A DNA stretch of 64,000 nt from Bilabrum cf. latius (lineage: Eukaryota): contig OZ237750.1 in NCBI GenBank assembly GCA_965178125.1, positions 62,001 through 126,000 of the forward strand, written 5' to 3'. The notes under the pieces were generated by a model, which had not been told where the DNA came from, ran no database searches, and was given only the letters and a program-made list of their open reading frames with translations. A program made the translations under genes and the position numbers. Below, piece by piece: positions 49,733-62,153 of the stretch (its first letter is position 1; each line of letters begins with the position of its first letter).

Positions 49733-52700
49733 TCACGAGCGATCGCCTCTCGTTGATGAGCCCAAGTCGCGCAGGAGGTGGTTCTCCACGAACCCAGCGA
49801 ACCTCCTAGCATACGGCTCCGGGTCAACCGCCGAGATGTCGTTGCTGCGTCCCACCCTGACCACCATCTTCACCGTGCGCTCCACCTGCTTCGAGCTGTC
49901 GTATCGCTGCAGGGGATCGATCAGTCCCACCTGGGCCAGAGCGCTCCAGCGGGGCTCGGTCCCGGGAGTCTGCGGTGCACCACAGCCCGCGCTGCCGGCC
50001 GCCTCATTTGTCCTCAAGATGGGGGGCACCCCGCTTGTCACTCCATCCGCGGGAAGGCAGCAGGGAACAAGGGACAGACCGGAGAACAGTGACATGCGGG
50101 GTGGCACCGCAGCGGCCACAGGGCACGTGTACAGGTTGGAGCGAGCGTGGGCGATGACAGACTCGCTGCTGAGGCTCTGACTACTACCGCCGCCGTGAAA
50201 GCCCCCGGGCCCCACAGCCGCAGCACCTGCCCCTCTCCCTCTCCTCCCTACGATCCCACCTCCCCCGCGCGGCCCCCTGCCGCCGGCACTACCGCTCCCA
50301 GGCGAGGCCGACAGAGACCCCGAGGCCTCCCTCCTCACCGCGAGCCTAGCGATCCGCTTCTGCTCCTTCACGGGGAGCAGCCGAGGAGCCGCCGGGTCGA
50401 GCACCCACGCTGAGGGGTCCACCACGGCTCCGGAACCGGCCACGGCGCCGCGCATCGCTAGCTGGCCTCGCTGGAACGCCCTCCACACCTGCGCGGCATC
50501 GCGGCCCAGAGACAGCAGGCTGTGCACGTCGACTGGCGGGAGGGTGCAGTCTCCCTGGGACTGCCGCTCCTGCTCCTGCTCCTGCTCCTGCTGTTGCTCT
50601 TGCCCTTCTTCCTGCGCCTGCTGATCACCCTATGCCTCGCGCCGATGTTCCCTGGCGGCCCGCTCCCTCGCCCTGCGGCTCCCATGGAATGGCAGCGTCC
50701 TGCCCACCTGCAGCAGCAGCGAATAGTCCATCAGCTGGTGGTCCCTCAGCATGGCTGCGTCGGCCTGCAGCTGCCGCGCCAGCCGACCCGCGTACCCGTC
50801 GGGAGTCGCCAGGCCCTCAGGAAATGCGGAACGGAAAGCCGAGTCCCGCAGCAGCCCCAGCCCAGCCACCCTCTTCGTCTCCGTGCCCCTGCACCGCTCC
50901 CCTGTCGCAGCCACGATGGCCCGCGCCGCGCCCCTGTCCGCCGCTCGCAGCGATCCCCCCCTCCCCGCGGTGGACCCCTTCAGGTCGAAGCGGCAGCTGG
51001 GTCGCGGGAGCGCGGGGGCGGGATGCACGTTGGCCATGAGCACCGCGTGCACGCTGGCGCTACCCGGGATCTGCACCGTGAAGGCCGCCAGGAACCTCAC
51101 GATCAGCGAGTCGGGGTGCTCCCCAAGATGCCTCACATAGGAGGGCATCAATCGGAGCAGTTCCTGCAGCTCCGAGTCCTCGATGGTCTTGAGGAGCAGC
51201 ATACCGTCCCTGGAGCGGCAGAAGAAGCTCGCCGATGCCGCTTCGCTGAAGTGCGCCTGCAGCTGCCCAGTGGCCACAAGGTCCGGATCAAGCTCCTGCG
51301 CGAGATCCAGGCCACGGAGCCCGCACGCTGCCCTGAGACGCGCGAACGCGCTGTCCTCGTGCGACACCACCTGCAGGGTGCGGCTCCCCGACGACTGCCT
51401 GCCGCCGCCCGACCCCCCGAAGCCGCTGCCATCCAGCGCGAAGCTGCTCGTCCGGCCTCGCATGCTGCCTCCGGCGGCAGCACCCCGGTCTGCCGATGCA
51501 CCGGGCCCGCGGTGCCCCCTCTGCTCCCACGGCGCAGGGCCCATCATGCTGAGGCCCTCATCGCCACCCCCTTCGCTGCCCCGCGGGCCCACGCCGCCCG
51601 CAACCGTAACACTCGCGCTCAGCAGGCCGGCAGTCGCGGTCGAAATCCCGTCCCCTAGTCCCGCGTGGTCGGCACCTGCCCCAGCCCCGGGACTCGCAAA
51701 CGCGGTGGTCGTGACCCCGCACCTCGCGGTGAGGGGGAAGCTTGTTCCCTGGGACGCCTCCCTCCAGGCCCGCTGCACCGCGTGCCCGGCGATGGCTTCC
51801 AGCCTCTCCCGCACCGCCCGCCTGCAGTAGCCCCCTCGCTGGGGGACAGACCGCTCCACAGAGGAGCGCTGCCTTCTGGCGTCCGCGATTTGCCCGTCCG
51901 GGCCATACGCAGTCAGCGAGTCGTCGGGCACGGCGTCCTCAGGGCCTGCCTTCGGCCGAGGGGGGAACGGTGGCGGAGAAGAGGCGAGCTGCGGGAGGAG
52001 TCGCCTGGGGGAGGAAGGAAGAGGGATGCCTTGCTGTGCTTGCTGCCCTCGGCTGCTGCTGCTGCTCGAGCTGCTGCTGCTGGAAGCGCTCTTGCTACTC
52101 TGTGCGCTTGGGCCTCGCTCGAGCACTGCTGGAGACGATGCCCCCGTGGACACAGGGGTCTGCCCCCCCTCCTCCTCCCCGCCCTTGTCACCCCCCTCAT
52201 GGGGTCGTAAAGCCCCGGCGCCGCCCTAGATCGGCCCCTGCCCACCATCCGCGCCCGCAGCAGAGGCATCTGCCCCGCCTACCGATCCCGCGACTTGCCC
52301 GCTCGATTCCCTCTAAGGCTCGCAGGACAGCGAGCTCGTGGCGTCCCTCAGCATCGCGGGCAGCGCCGAGGCAGGTAGACCCGCCCTTGCAGCCGCGGCG
52401 GCGATTTCTAGCCGCCTCGCTTCAGCGTGCGGGCCCACGCCCCACTCGTGCTCGCTCTCTAGCACCAGATTGGACACGGCCGCCATGATGATGAGTCCCA
52501 TCTCTCTTCGCAAAGAGGCCCCCAGGTCCCACCCGTAGCCCTTGTTCTCCACGGCGCCGCTCATGGCATCCCCGATGGCAGCTGCCTTGACCTCTTCGTC
52601 TTCACGCCGCTGCTGCGCAGCTTCCTGCTCCTCGGGATCGGCCGCTACGGCAGCGCGGCGACTCGCGCGTCTCTGGTGCTTGCGAGCAAGCGACTCCAGC

Positions 52701-55700
52701 ACGCGGTCCATGGGCGCGCCTGTTGCCCCCTGGACTGCGCTCGGCTGCACCGAGCTGACGCCGGGATCGGCAGTGGTCTCTGACCCCTTCAATGCAGCAG
52801 GCATGTCCGCCGCTGCCGGGGGGCCCGCCCCTGGCAGCGACACGCCCGACGATGCAGCTAGCCGCCGAGCCTTGTATACCTCCATCGGCGTAGGAAACAA
52901 GCTGACTCCACGCTTGTGCCTCGGCCGATCCGCTTTCACACGGACTGGCGCGCCGGTATCCGCAGCGGCCCCTGCTGCGCCTGCAGCCTCCCACTAGCCT
53001 GCAGCAGCGACATCATCGCCCGCGCCCATCCGGGCACCTTTGCTTCCCGGCAGCTGCGGCAGTGGCCGGGCCTGGCCGCCGGGGTCCTGCGTGCGACCGT
53101 CCATGCGCGTTCTGGAGCCGCGCGAGGCATCCGACACAGACCCGGCCGATCTTGCCCTCCGCCGGATTGCCCCTTGGCGCATCCCGCTGCTGCTGGCACT
53201 GCTGGTGCTGGTGGAGCTGATGAACCCAGAGCCATCCTCATCCCACTCGCTGTCAGCCCCCGACTCGAGCGCCAGGGCCCTCCGCAGCCGCCTGCCGCTT
53301 CCCCCGTCCAGATGCTGCGCGCTTGGGGCCCTCTTCCGCAGGGCCTGCCTCACTCGCGACCGCTGCTTCTTGCCAGCGCCGCCCTCCCAAAACGCCTCCG
53401 TTTTCGGAGCCCCGCTTGTTCCCTGGGCACCCCTTCCGCTATCGCTGTCACGTCCCGACTGCTGCCCCAGGCCGCTGTCGTCTCCGCCCCCGTGCATCAT
53501 CCAGGCCTGCATCTCCGCCTTGGAGGACTCCGTGAGGGCGAGGGGCAGGGGCATGGCGTGGCTGGCCGTGCGAGACCTCCGGCGTTGGGCTTGGGCGGAT
53601 CTGATGCCGCCCCTGGGAGAGTTCCTCGAGGAGTTTCTAGAGGTGCGCCGCACCCCTGCTACTGCGGGGAGGTCCATCTGGGATGATGAGGCCACGCTGG
53701 ACCCGCAATCCGTGTCGGTGCGGGAATCGAACCTGCGACCCCTCATCGCCGCCTGCCCACCGAGTCCCGGTCGGCCCGGCACACCCTCGTTGTACACTGG
53801 CAGCTGCAGCAGACCGGATGACGAGTCAGTGTCCGTGTCTTCTTCCGACACGGATGAGTAGTCGACCTTGCGGCCGTTGTGCGTGCCGTCGTACTTGCCT
53901 CGCTGCTGCTGCGTCTGCTGGCCACGTTTCCCCGCAATGCTTCTTTCCTCACGTGTTCCCTGGCCGGAGACTCCCACCAGGGCACTGCCGAGCTGCTGCA
54001 GAGGCAGCCACCTGGACACTGCGCCCACCATCCTCTTGGCCCTGCGCACTCGGCCCCTCGCCCTGGATGCCACCAGCTGCTTGCGGCTCGCGTGCGACGG
54101 GAGCCTGAACCCAGCCCCGCTGACTCCTCGAGACGCTGATGCCGCTGTACCCATCCGGGTCCTCTGCCGGAGCAGCCGCCCTGCGCTGGACTCGGAGCCA
54201 TTTACGGTTGCGACCGCCGCCATGCGGGCCTGGCCCCCGTCCCCGTCCTCATCCTCGTCCCAGGACCCGCACGCGCCCCCGCAGCAGCACAGCTGCTCTG
54301 TGTCTTCCGACTCCATCATCAGCGGGGCTTCCGCACCGCCAATCCCGGCCCAGTACGCGAAATCTCCAGCAAAACGAAGCATACCAAGCGAAGCGGGCGG
54401 CTCGAACTCGTCACCATCGTCACTGCCAACTCCTCCCCCACCTAACTTTCCGGCACTACGATTTGTAAGCTGGGACTCACCGGTCCCGTGGCCCAGCAGC
54501 GGTGCCTGCAGTGCATTGCCGCTCCCAGCGCCCCCGCTCCGGCTGCAGCAGCCGCCGGTGGTTCCGCAGGCACAGCACAGCGCGGCACACCCAGCCTGCC
54601 AGCACCAGGCATCGCACGCCGCCCGGCACCGCTTTCCCGAGGTGGGGTCCTCTGAATCGCTCTGGAGCACCTCCACGGCGTCGAACCAGTCATCTGGAAT
54701 CGATAATGTCTCCAGGGGGGCTTCCTCGTAGGCAGCACCGCCCAGCAAACCGGAGAAGGGTGAGCTGGCTGGGCACTGCGACGTGCCATGGTAGCCAGCA
54801 CCGCCAGCCACGCCGACCAGGTCCCCACTGCCATCTTCGGCGTAAAGCGCCCCGGCACGCCTCCAGCCAGATCCATTGCGCGGCGCCGACCCTTCGGTTC
54901 CGCCGTGGTCGTCCGCCAGATCCGATCCGTAGCCCCTCCGCAGGCCTTCTCGCCGAACCTTCTCCACGGTTCGCTAGCTGGCCCGTACCCTCTTCTGTTC
55001 CTTGCCCCACTTCGCCAGCCTCTGCCTGAGCCCCCAGTCGCTGCCGATCCACAGCACGCGCACGTAGAAGCAGCTGCAGCACCGCAGCAGCGCCCCCCGC
55101 AGGATGGCCTCCAGGATCCGCATGGCCCCTGGCTCCAGGAGCCGCACGATCGACAGCACCACCGTCTGTGTCGACAGGCAGACCGCGTCAATGACCGTGA
55201 AGGCCAGGTATTTATCCGTTGGGTCCACCCTGGCATGCACCGTGGGGATGGCCCACATGATGACGAATGCCAGCACGTACACCGAGTGCCTCCTGACCAG
55301 CCTCTCCCTCAGCCTCCACGAGTACGTGGTGCCCACTGTTCTCTGGTACACGGCGTAGCCCAGCGAGAGCACAGCCAAGAGGAGCGTCAAGTAGAGGGGG
55401 ATCTCGAAAAGCAGCTGGTGCTCTGGGTCGCCCAGCACCCAGCAGTCATGGTCCCTCGACTGCTTGGGCGCCTGCCTCAGCACGAGTATGGCCGTCGTGA
55501 CGGTGGCTGTTCCCCACGCAGCCATGTGGTAGTATCGGTGGTATCCTCTCGTGTTGCGCAGGGGGGAGTGGAGGATGGCCACAAGCTCCGCGATCCAGCA
55601 CGCGTTCCAGATCACCGACGAGACGGCGAAGAATTGGCCCCATAGCGACGCGGACCAGCACTTGTCCGGGATGATGTGGAAGCTGTCCCGCTCGTCCGTC

Positions 55701-55981
55701 GCCCCTGCAAACCATGCTGCAGCCGCCAAGAAGTACCGAAACGTAAACATCGCTTCACACACCGTGATGAACAGTATCACCTGTGACGTGTGCGAGCTCC
55801 ACACCCTGGAAGCGTGCTGGCCTCCGCAGAATACAACTAGTACGGCTGCTGCACCCACTAATGACATCAATCCACCAATGAAGTACACTGGCGCTAGCGT
55901 GCCGTAGAAATCCTCTCCATCGTCCGTCCCACCACCTGTTGCATTTCCCAGAACTGCGCGCAGCCCAATTGCTGCTGCCAT
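49733..55981 (-). CDS. GPCR-PIPK fusion: N-terminal 7TM receptor and C-terminal phosphatidylinositol-phosphate kinase (~2,080 aa)
   Basis: Five ORF pieces in one frame joined at TAGs 54974, 52994, 52313, 52226, 50630; TGA 49733. 7TM: GQFFAVSSVIWNACW, YYHMAAWG, DCWV. PIPK: SFFCRSRDGMLLLKT, FDLKGS, MDYSLL, GLIDPLQRY, ISAVDPEPYARRF. Confidence 0.9.
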
Positions 55982-56515
55982 GACGACACCACACTCAACT
56001 CAGCACAGGAAAGATATAAAAACTGAGAACTTCTCTATTACAATATTCTCATCTAGACGGATTATCAAACTTGCTGACAGATTGAATCTCCGTCACGAGG
56101 TATATCGGATCGATCCGTGCAAAACAGCACGTGACAAAGTGGCAGGAAAAAGCACGGTCCAGTTGTTGTCAGGATCTGGGAGAGAGACAGAGGGTTAAGA
56201 CCTTATTATTGCTCGTATCATGTAAGTAATATTGACTGTCTAGATAGGATGACGCCACATCTTGCCAGTATAAGTCTGTTTGAGCTGAACTGGACGTCAC
56301 GTTTCGCTGCTAACCAACGTTCCAGCTAATCGCTGTCGACGATGCATGATCCAGGCAGTGTTTGGACCCAGATTTCATGAAGATACATGTTGCATTTTTC
56401 TGGTAGGGGATATAGCGTACTGTTTCGTTGGTTTTTGCTGCTTTGTGTCACTCAATGCGCAGTGCGTGGGATCATTCAAGCTCCCGACAGCTGCATGCCG
56501 CACGAGGTACGTTGA

Positions 56516-59500
56516 ATGTCTGGACTTGGAGATATTCTAGCAGGATCCGAAGCTCCGCCTGGAGACGGATCCGCACCTGATGGCGGATATAGAGGCTCTC
56601 AGATGGGCCCGGTAGGCTCACCAAAAGATGGCGTTCCTGAATCGAACGGCGGCATCGCTGCTCCCGGCATCGTTGGCATGGGCGGCATCAGCAGCGAAGG
56701 AGCTGGCATGGGGGGAACACCCGTGAGGCTTGGTCGGGGTCCGGACCTAGGCCTTGGCATCGGCGGTGCGCCCGGCTTCCCAGACCTAGGGCCAGTCGCG
56801 GGTGGCGCCGCGGCGCAGTCGAACGGAACCGGCGCCGCCCCCCCTGCCCGCGACGCCAGCGCAGCCGCCGTGGGCGGCCCTCCCGGCCTGCGGACCCCTT
56901 CCCCCGGCAAAGCCGGCCGCATGGGCAGCCGCCTGGGCCTGACCCCCGGGTCGGGCTCAAGGTCCACGGCCCGCATCTCCGCAAGGCTGTCCCAGCCGGT
57001 GGAAGGCGTCGAGCTGAGCCCGTTTTTGTTCCTCCGAGACTCCACGGGGCTCCTCATCAACGCCCAGGACGAGCGGGTCACATTCCGCTGGTAGCGGTCT
57101 ACCACCCACAGGGCCTGCGCATTCAGCGGGTGCAGGTACCTGAGCTCGGCACCCGCGGAACAGGCGGCGAAATGGCCCGCCGCAGTGCAATGCGCCACCA
57201 TGGCCAAGGCGGGGGCCTCCCCGGAGAGGTCTTTGTACTGCAGCCCTGAGTGCTACCAGCAGGCGTGGTCTGGCCACAGGCAGTACCTGGAGCTAGCAAA
57301 GTCCCCTGACGGCACGATGGACTTTTCGCGGGCAAAGTACACGCCACTTTCGCTGCCCGGGGGCGAGGAGGCCAAGCGGGAGGCGCCCGGGGACAGCGCG
57401 GCCGCGGCCAGCGGCGCCAGCACGAGCGCAAGCTCCGGCGCAGGCGGCGGCAGCGGGAGCGCGTCCAGCGCCAAATCGGAAGATGAAGATGAGAGCGAGC
57501 TGACTGCGAGCGAGGCGGCATTCGCGGCTGCAGAGGCCCTGTACAGCGGGCCGGCACCACCCCTGCAGCCGGGCCTGATGCACCCGCCGCCCTCGGCGGC
57601 AGCTGGTGGTCGGGAGACGGGAGGCAAGGCCAAGGAGGCGGCTGCCGCTGCTGCCGCTGCCCACTCTTCGAAGTCGAAGGCCGAATGGATCGACCTAGGG
57701 GAGGCGAGGACGTACGTGCCGAAGGCCGAAGACGTGTGGCACAGGATTAGGCTGCTGGTGGAAGCGGACATTGGCGGGACCGATGGCTTGCTCACCGAGA
57801 CCGCAATCACTCACCCCGTGCTGCCCAGACCCCCGCTGGCCGCTCACCGAACGTTCGTTCCGCTCACCAGGGACCCCAGGACGGGGACGGCTCCCCGCGC
57901 AGACGTGCCCCCCGCGCAGGTGGTGGCCAAAGAGGGCGACAGGCGGCACCCACACACGGTGCGTGTGGTCAGCTACAACACGCTGGCGGAGATCTATGCC
58001 AACCAGGGCGTGTACCCCTACTGCCCCAACTGGGCCTTGTCCTGGCAGTTCAGGAGAGACCTCATCATCCGAGAGCTCCTGCGGCTGGACGCTGACCTCG
58101 TGTGCCTGCAGGAGGTGCAAGCGGACCACTTCCTGAGCATGCTCAACCCGGCCATGAAGGCGGCGGGGTACGACTCGCAGTACAAGCAGAAGACGAGGGA
58201 GTCCATGGGGCTAGAGGGAAAGGTGGACGGGTGCGCGTTCTTCTACAAGGCAGGCAGGTTCAAGCTGCTGGAAAAATACGTCGTGGAGTTCAACGCAGCG
58301 GCCAAGACCGCCTCCGAGGCAGAGGCGAATGAGCTGAGGCGGCAGCAGGCAACGCCGGCCCAGCGGGCCCAGCACATGAAGCGCCTGGACAAGCAGCTTC
58401 ACCGGCTGCTGCGGGACAACGTGGCGCAGGTGGTTGTGCTGCAGATGACAAAGGACGCCCAGGGCAACTCCATCACGGAGCCGTCGGGCGAGCAGCCTCT
58501 GATCTGCGTGGCGAATACCCACCTCTTCTGGGACCCGGAATTCGCAGACGTCAAGCTCTGGCAGACGCAGATGCTGGTGCGTGAGCTGGAGAAGCTGACA
58601 GCCAAGAGGGGGCTGCCGCTGATCCTGTGCGGCGACTTCAACTCCGAGCCCACCTCGGCGGTGCACAAGCTGCTGGCGGGGAACGCCAAGGCGGGCCACA
58701 GGTGCCAGCTGCAGCATGAGGACCTGCCCGCCGACCCACAGGGTATCCTGCCCCGCCAGATGGCGCGGCTCAGCCACGGGCTGCTGCTGCAGTCCGCCTA
58801 CGGGTCGGTGCTGGGAGACGAGCCGCGGTTCACCAACTACACGGAGCAGTACGTCGGCTGCCTGGACTACATCTGGATCAGCGCCGACCGAGCCACGCCC
58901 GTGGCAGTGCTGTCTGTGCCCCACGAGAGTCAGCTGACCGCGACCAGCAGGTCTCCGCTGCCCAACCCGCAGCACCCGTCAGACCACGTCAGTCTCTGCG
59001 CAGACATCGTCATCGGCATGCCGTCCCACGGTCTGGCTCGCAGTGCTCTCCCGGCAGGCGCCATGGGGCCGGGGGCCGCTGGTGGCATCGGCGGACTCAG
59101 CAGGGGTGTTGTGGCGAGCGGCCCAGCGCCAGGGCGGGTCATGCCCGGCGGGCTCGGCACGTTCCGTGGCAACGGGATGCAGCAGCAGCAGCACTCGTCA
59201 CATCAGGGCCAGCAGGGCGGCGTGGGCGTGGGCGTCGGGATGGGCGTGGGAGGCGGCCGGCCCACTCCTGGAGCGGCGGGTCACGGCCAGCTGGGTGGTG
59301 CCGCCGCGTCTGCCGGGTCACGAGCGGCCGCGTCTGGCTTCGGGCCACCCGTGGGACGCATGGGTGTGATGAGTGCGAGCCGAGGCATGCCGGTGGGCGG
59401 GACCGCGGGCGGGCCGGGGATGATGCTGGGAGGCATGCCGGGCGGTGGGCGGGGCGTGGGTGCAGGCGGGCCGGGGATGGGGCGGTTCGGTGGACCCGGC

Positions 59501-59596
59501 ATGGCAGGCAACGGTGCTGGCGGTGTGCCCCGGCAAGGCCAGATGCTCGGTTCATCCCCGTTCGGCGGTGGCGGGGCCAGCGGCGGCGGGTACTGA
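56516..59596 (+). CDS. CCR4: CCR4 deadenylase (EEP family, plant/oomycete-type N-terminus without LRR)
   Basis: PVEGVELSPFLFLRD, FRW*RS (TAG 57092), YCSPECYQQAW; catalytic SYNTLA, LCLQEVQ-type motif, NTHL, CGDFNSEP, LDYIW, PSDH; TGA. Confidence 0.92.
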
Positions 59597-59822
59597 GCAC
59601 CCGGCTCTCTGTTGGAGAGTGTGGAGCGCGTGGATCCAGTTTGGCACCCGTTGCTGTAGCCAAGGGCTGTCGCGTGATCTGGTGGAGCGAGGCACGGGCC
59701 ACACTTGAGCCGCTGGAAGCGGGTCCCCCTCGCTCTCTTCGCGTCTGGATAGACTAGTACAGGGAACAGCTATTTTCGATTCGATTTCTTGATTGACCAA
59801 CCCAATTCTCTAGCTGTGATTC

Positions 59823-60125
59823 CTATTCTTTAGATTCAGGATGGCCTTGCCTCCTGCAACAGCCTTGCGCGTTCGTCGTGACCTCCGAGCTTTCCACCTT
59901 GCCGCGTGCCACCCGCCCCCCCACCAGCTTGCCCAGCCTCAGCATCCGGATGGCCAGGCTCACGGGCCTACCCTCGCTCGCCAAGACAGCCAGTACAATG
60001 CCGAGCCTCCACCTACCCGTAACACCATCCCAGGGCAGGTGCCTTTCGACGCAACGCAGTGCAATGGCCACAAGGGCCTTAACCTTACGTAGCGGCTGCC
60101 ACACAGCGGTGCGAGTACAAAGCAA
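59823..60125 (-). pseudogene. Degenerate duplicate of the 3' end of the ankyrin gene
   Basis: ASEGRPVSLAIRMLRLGKLVGGRVARG vs ASEGRPMELARRLRLGKLAGALVARG at ~62250-62335; flanking DNA also similar. Confidence 0.6.
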
Positions 60126-60299
60126 AGCGGCCTGTCGGTCTGCAGACCTCGCTCTTCAACTCGCGATCAGATCTGCTCTCGATGCCAACCTATCTTACAG
60201 ATCTGATCGTCTGGCAGTTCAAAGTGCGTGTGCATGCGATTTAATACTTGTGCACTATAGATCTGGCAAACAAACAACAAATGATCCGCACCCGAACCT

Positions 60300-61430
60300 T
60301 CACTGACGTCCGGAGGATCTAGACGCATCTGCTGCGGGTATCTTCTCAGGCGCCAATCCATAGGATGGGCTCAAGAAGTGCCTCGACAGCTTCTGGAGCA
60401 ACTCAAGCTGTTCGTCTGACTTGTCCAGCCTCTCATCCAGCTTGATGCGTATCTCATGGAACTGCTCATCTGTTGCCTTCTGCATCTCCTTGAGCTTCTC
60501 ATCTGTTGCCATCTGCATCTCCTTGAGCTTCCCATTCATTGCCCTCTCCAACCTCTCGAGCTTCTCATCTGTCTTGGACTCCATCTTGTCGAACCTGGAG
60601 TCCATCGCCTTCTGCATCTCCTTGAGCTTCTCATCTGTTGCCATCTGCATCTCCTTGAGCTTCCCATTCATTGCCCTCTCCAACCTCTCGAGCTTCTCAT
60701 CTGTCTTGGACTCCATCTTGTCGAATCTGGAGTCCATCGCCTTCTGCATCTCCTTGAACTTCTCATCTGTTGCCATCTGCATCTCCTTGAGCTTCCCATT
60801 CATTGCCCTCTCCAACCTCTCGAGCTTCTCATCCATCTTGGACTCCAACCTCTCGAGCTTCTCATCCATCTTGGACTCCATCTTGTCGAATCTGGAATCC
60901 ATCTTGTCGAGTCTGGAGTCCATCGCCTTCTGCATCTCCTTAAGCTTCCCATCCGTTGCCTTCTCCAATTTATCGAACTTCTTACCTATGTTCGAGTCCA
61001 ACTTCTCGACTGCGGAGTCCACAGTTTTCCGTATCTCCTTGTGTACACGGATCCGCTCTGTGCTCATATCCTTTTGCATACTACTAAGCCCCGACTTCAG
61101 CTAGTTATTGCCCTTTTCTATGCGCTTGATTTCGTCTTTACTCACGACAGACCGGAAGATTTTCCCCAGAGCTGATATAGGAGCACTTGTAGCTATGAAG
61201 CTTATGATTGGTGTCTCGCTTGATTTATCAAACCTTTGCAGATCACTACTAGAGGTGTCGCCGGACTCAAGAATTTCAGGATCGACAGAGGGGCCTTGTC
61301 CTGTCTCAGAGTTGATGTCGAGCTTGCGTTGTCTTGCAAGCGTCGAAGCTTTGGAGCTCAACCTCGCCATCCTCGTTGACTGCAACCACAACATGTTAGT
61401 TTGCTAGAATGCACTTCTGCACCGCGACAT
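60300..61430 (-). CDS. Coiled-coil protein with internal 40-aa tandem repeats; function unknown
   Basis: ATG 61430 (or 61394); TAG at 61101 joins two ORFs in frame; TGA 60300. 120-bp repeat EMQKAMDSRFDKMESKTDEKLERLERAMNGKLKEMQMATDEKLK, about 3-4 copies at ~60465-60960. Confidence 0.7.
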
Positions 61431-62153
61431 GGCTCGTAATTCTCTGTAAATTCGCGATAAATGTGAGTGAGCATTGCTGATGAGTGAAATACAGAAATAC
61501 AGAAATACATTGTTGGGTTAAGTTACCGAGTGAGCATTGCACTGAGCAACATGGTTTAATAACGTGTTAAAAAGTCCAGCGCAACAAAACCAGAAGTGAC
61601 TTATGTTCTATCACTTCCTACACGATGTTTGTCATAGTAGATAGAGACCTACGCTACATGCATGGTGAAGCTAATCGCTCGTATCACCTAGAGCGCAATA
61701 AACACGTACTCCTCTCACACTAACGGCCGTATTACAAGGTAACCAGCACCTTTCGGCGCCAGATAGTTTCATGTCGGCCCCGAAATACGATTCCGTGATA
61801 TTGTACTGCTTTAATCAATATTATTAAATGCCGTAAGCACTCCCGAAAGTCTATGGTGTATTGACTGCCATGCTTTGACCAGGCAGCGTGCATCGGATTC
61901 TACAGACTACTGAACGATTGCCCAGTCGCAGCAGTGGCTGGTACTGAACACGGCTCCCGGTGGGAGTTTATGGAGCGGATGGATACAGTTAGCCTCCTTG
62001 CCTCAGCCAGAGCTGGCGAATGATCGATGGAGCGGGTCATCGGACACTTGAGCCGCTGGGAGCGGGTCACGACCCGTGGTCTCTTCCACTAGTGGCAGCA
62101 GGCTGAGAGGTGCTGGCATTCAGGCCACGAACGAAGCGTCTGCCCCAAACTAG

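Noticed and set aside
1-55981. Apparent inositol/endosome gene cluster (VAC14, WASH1, INO1, GPCR-PIPK)
   Set aside because: Interspersed with unrelated genes; no evidence of co-regulation without synteny data.
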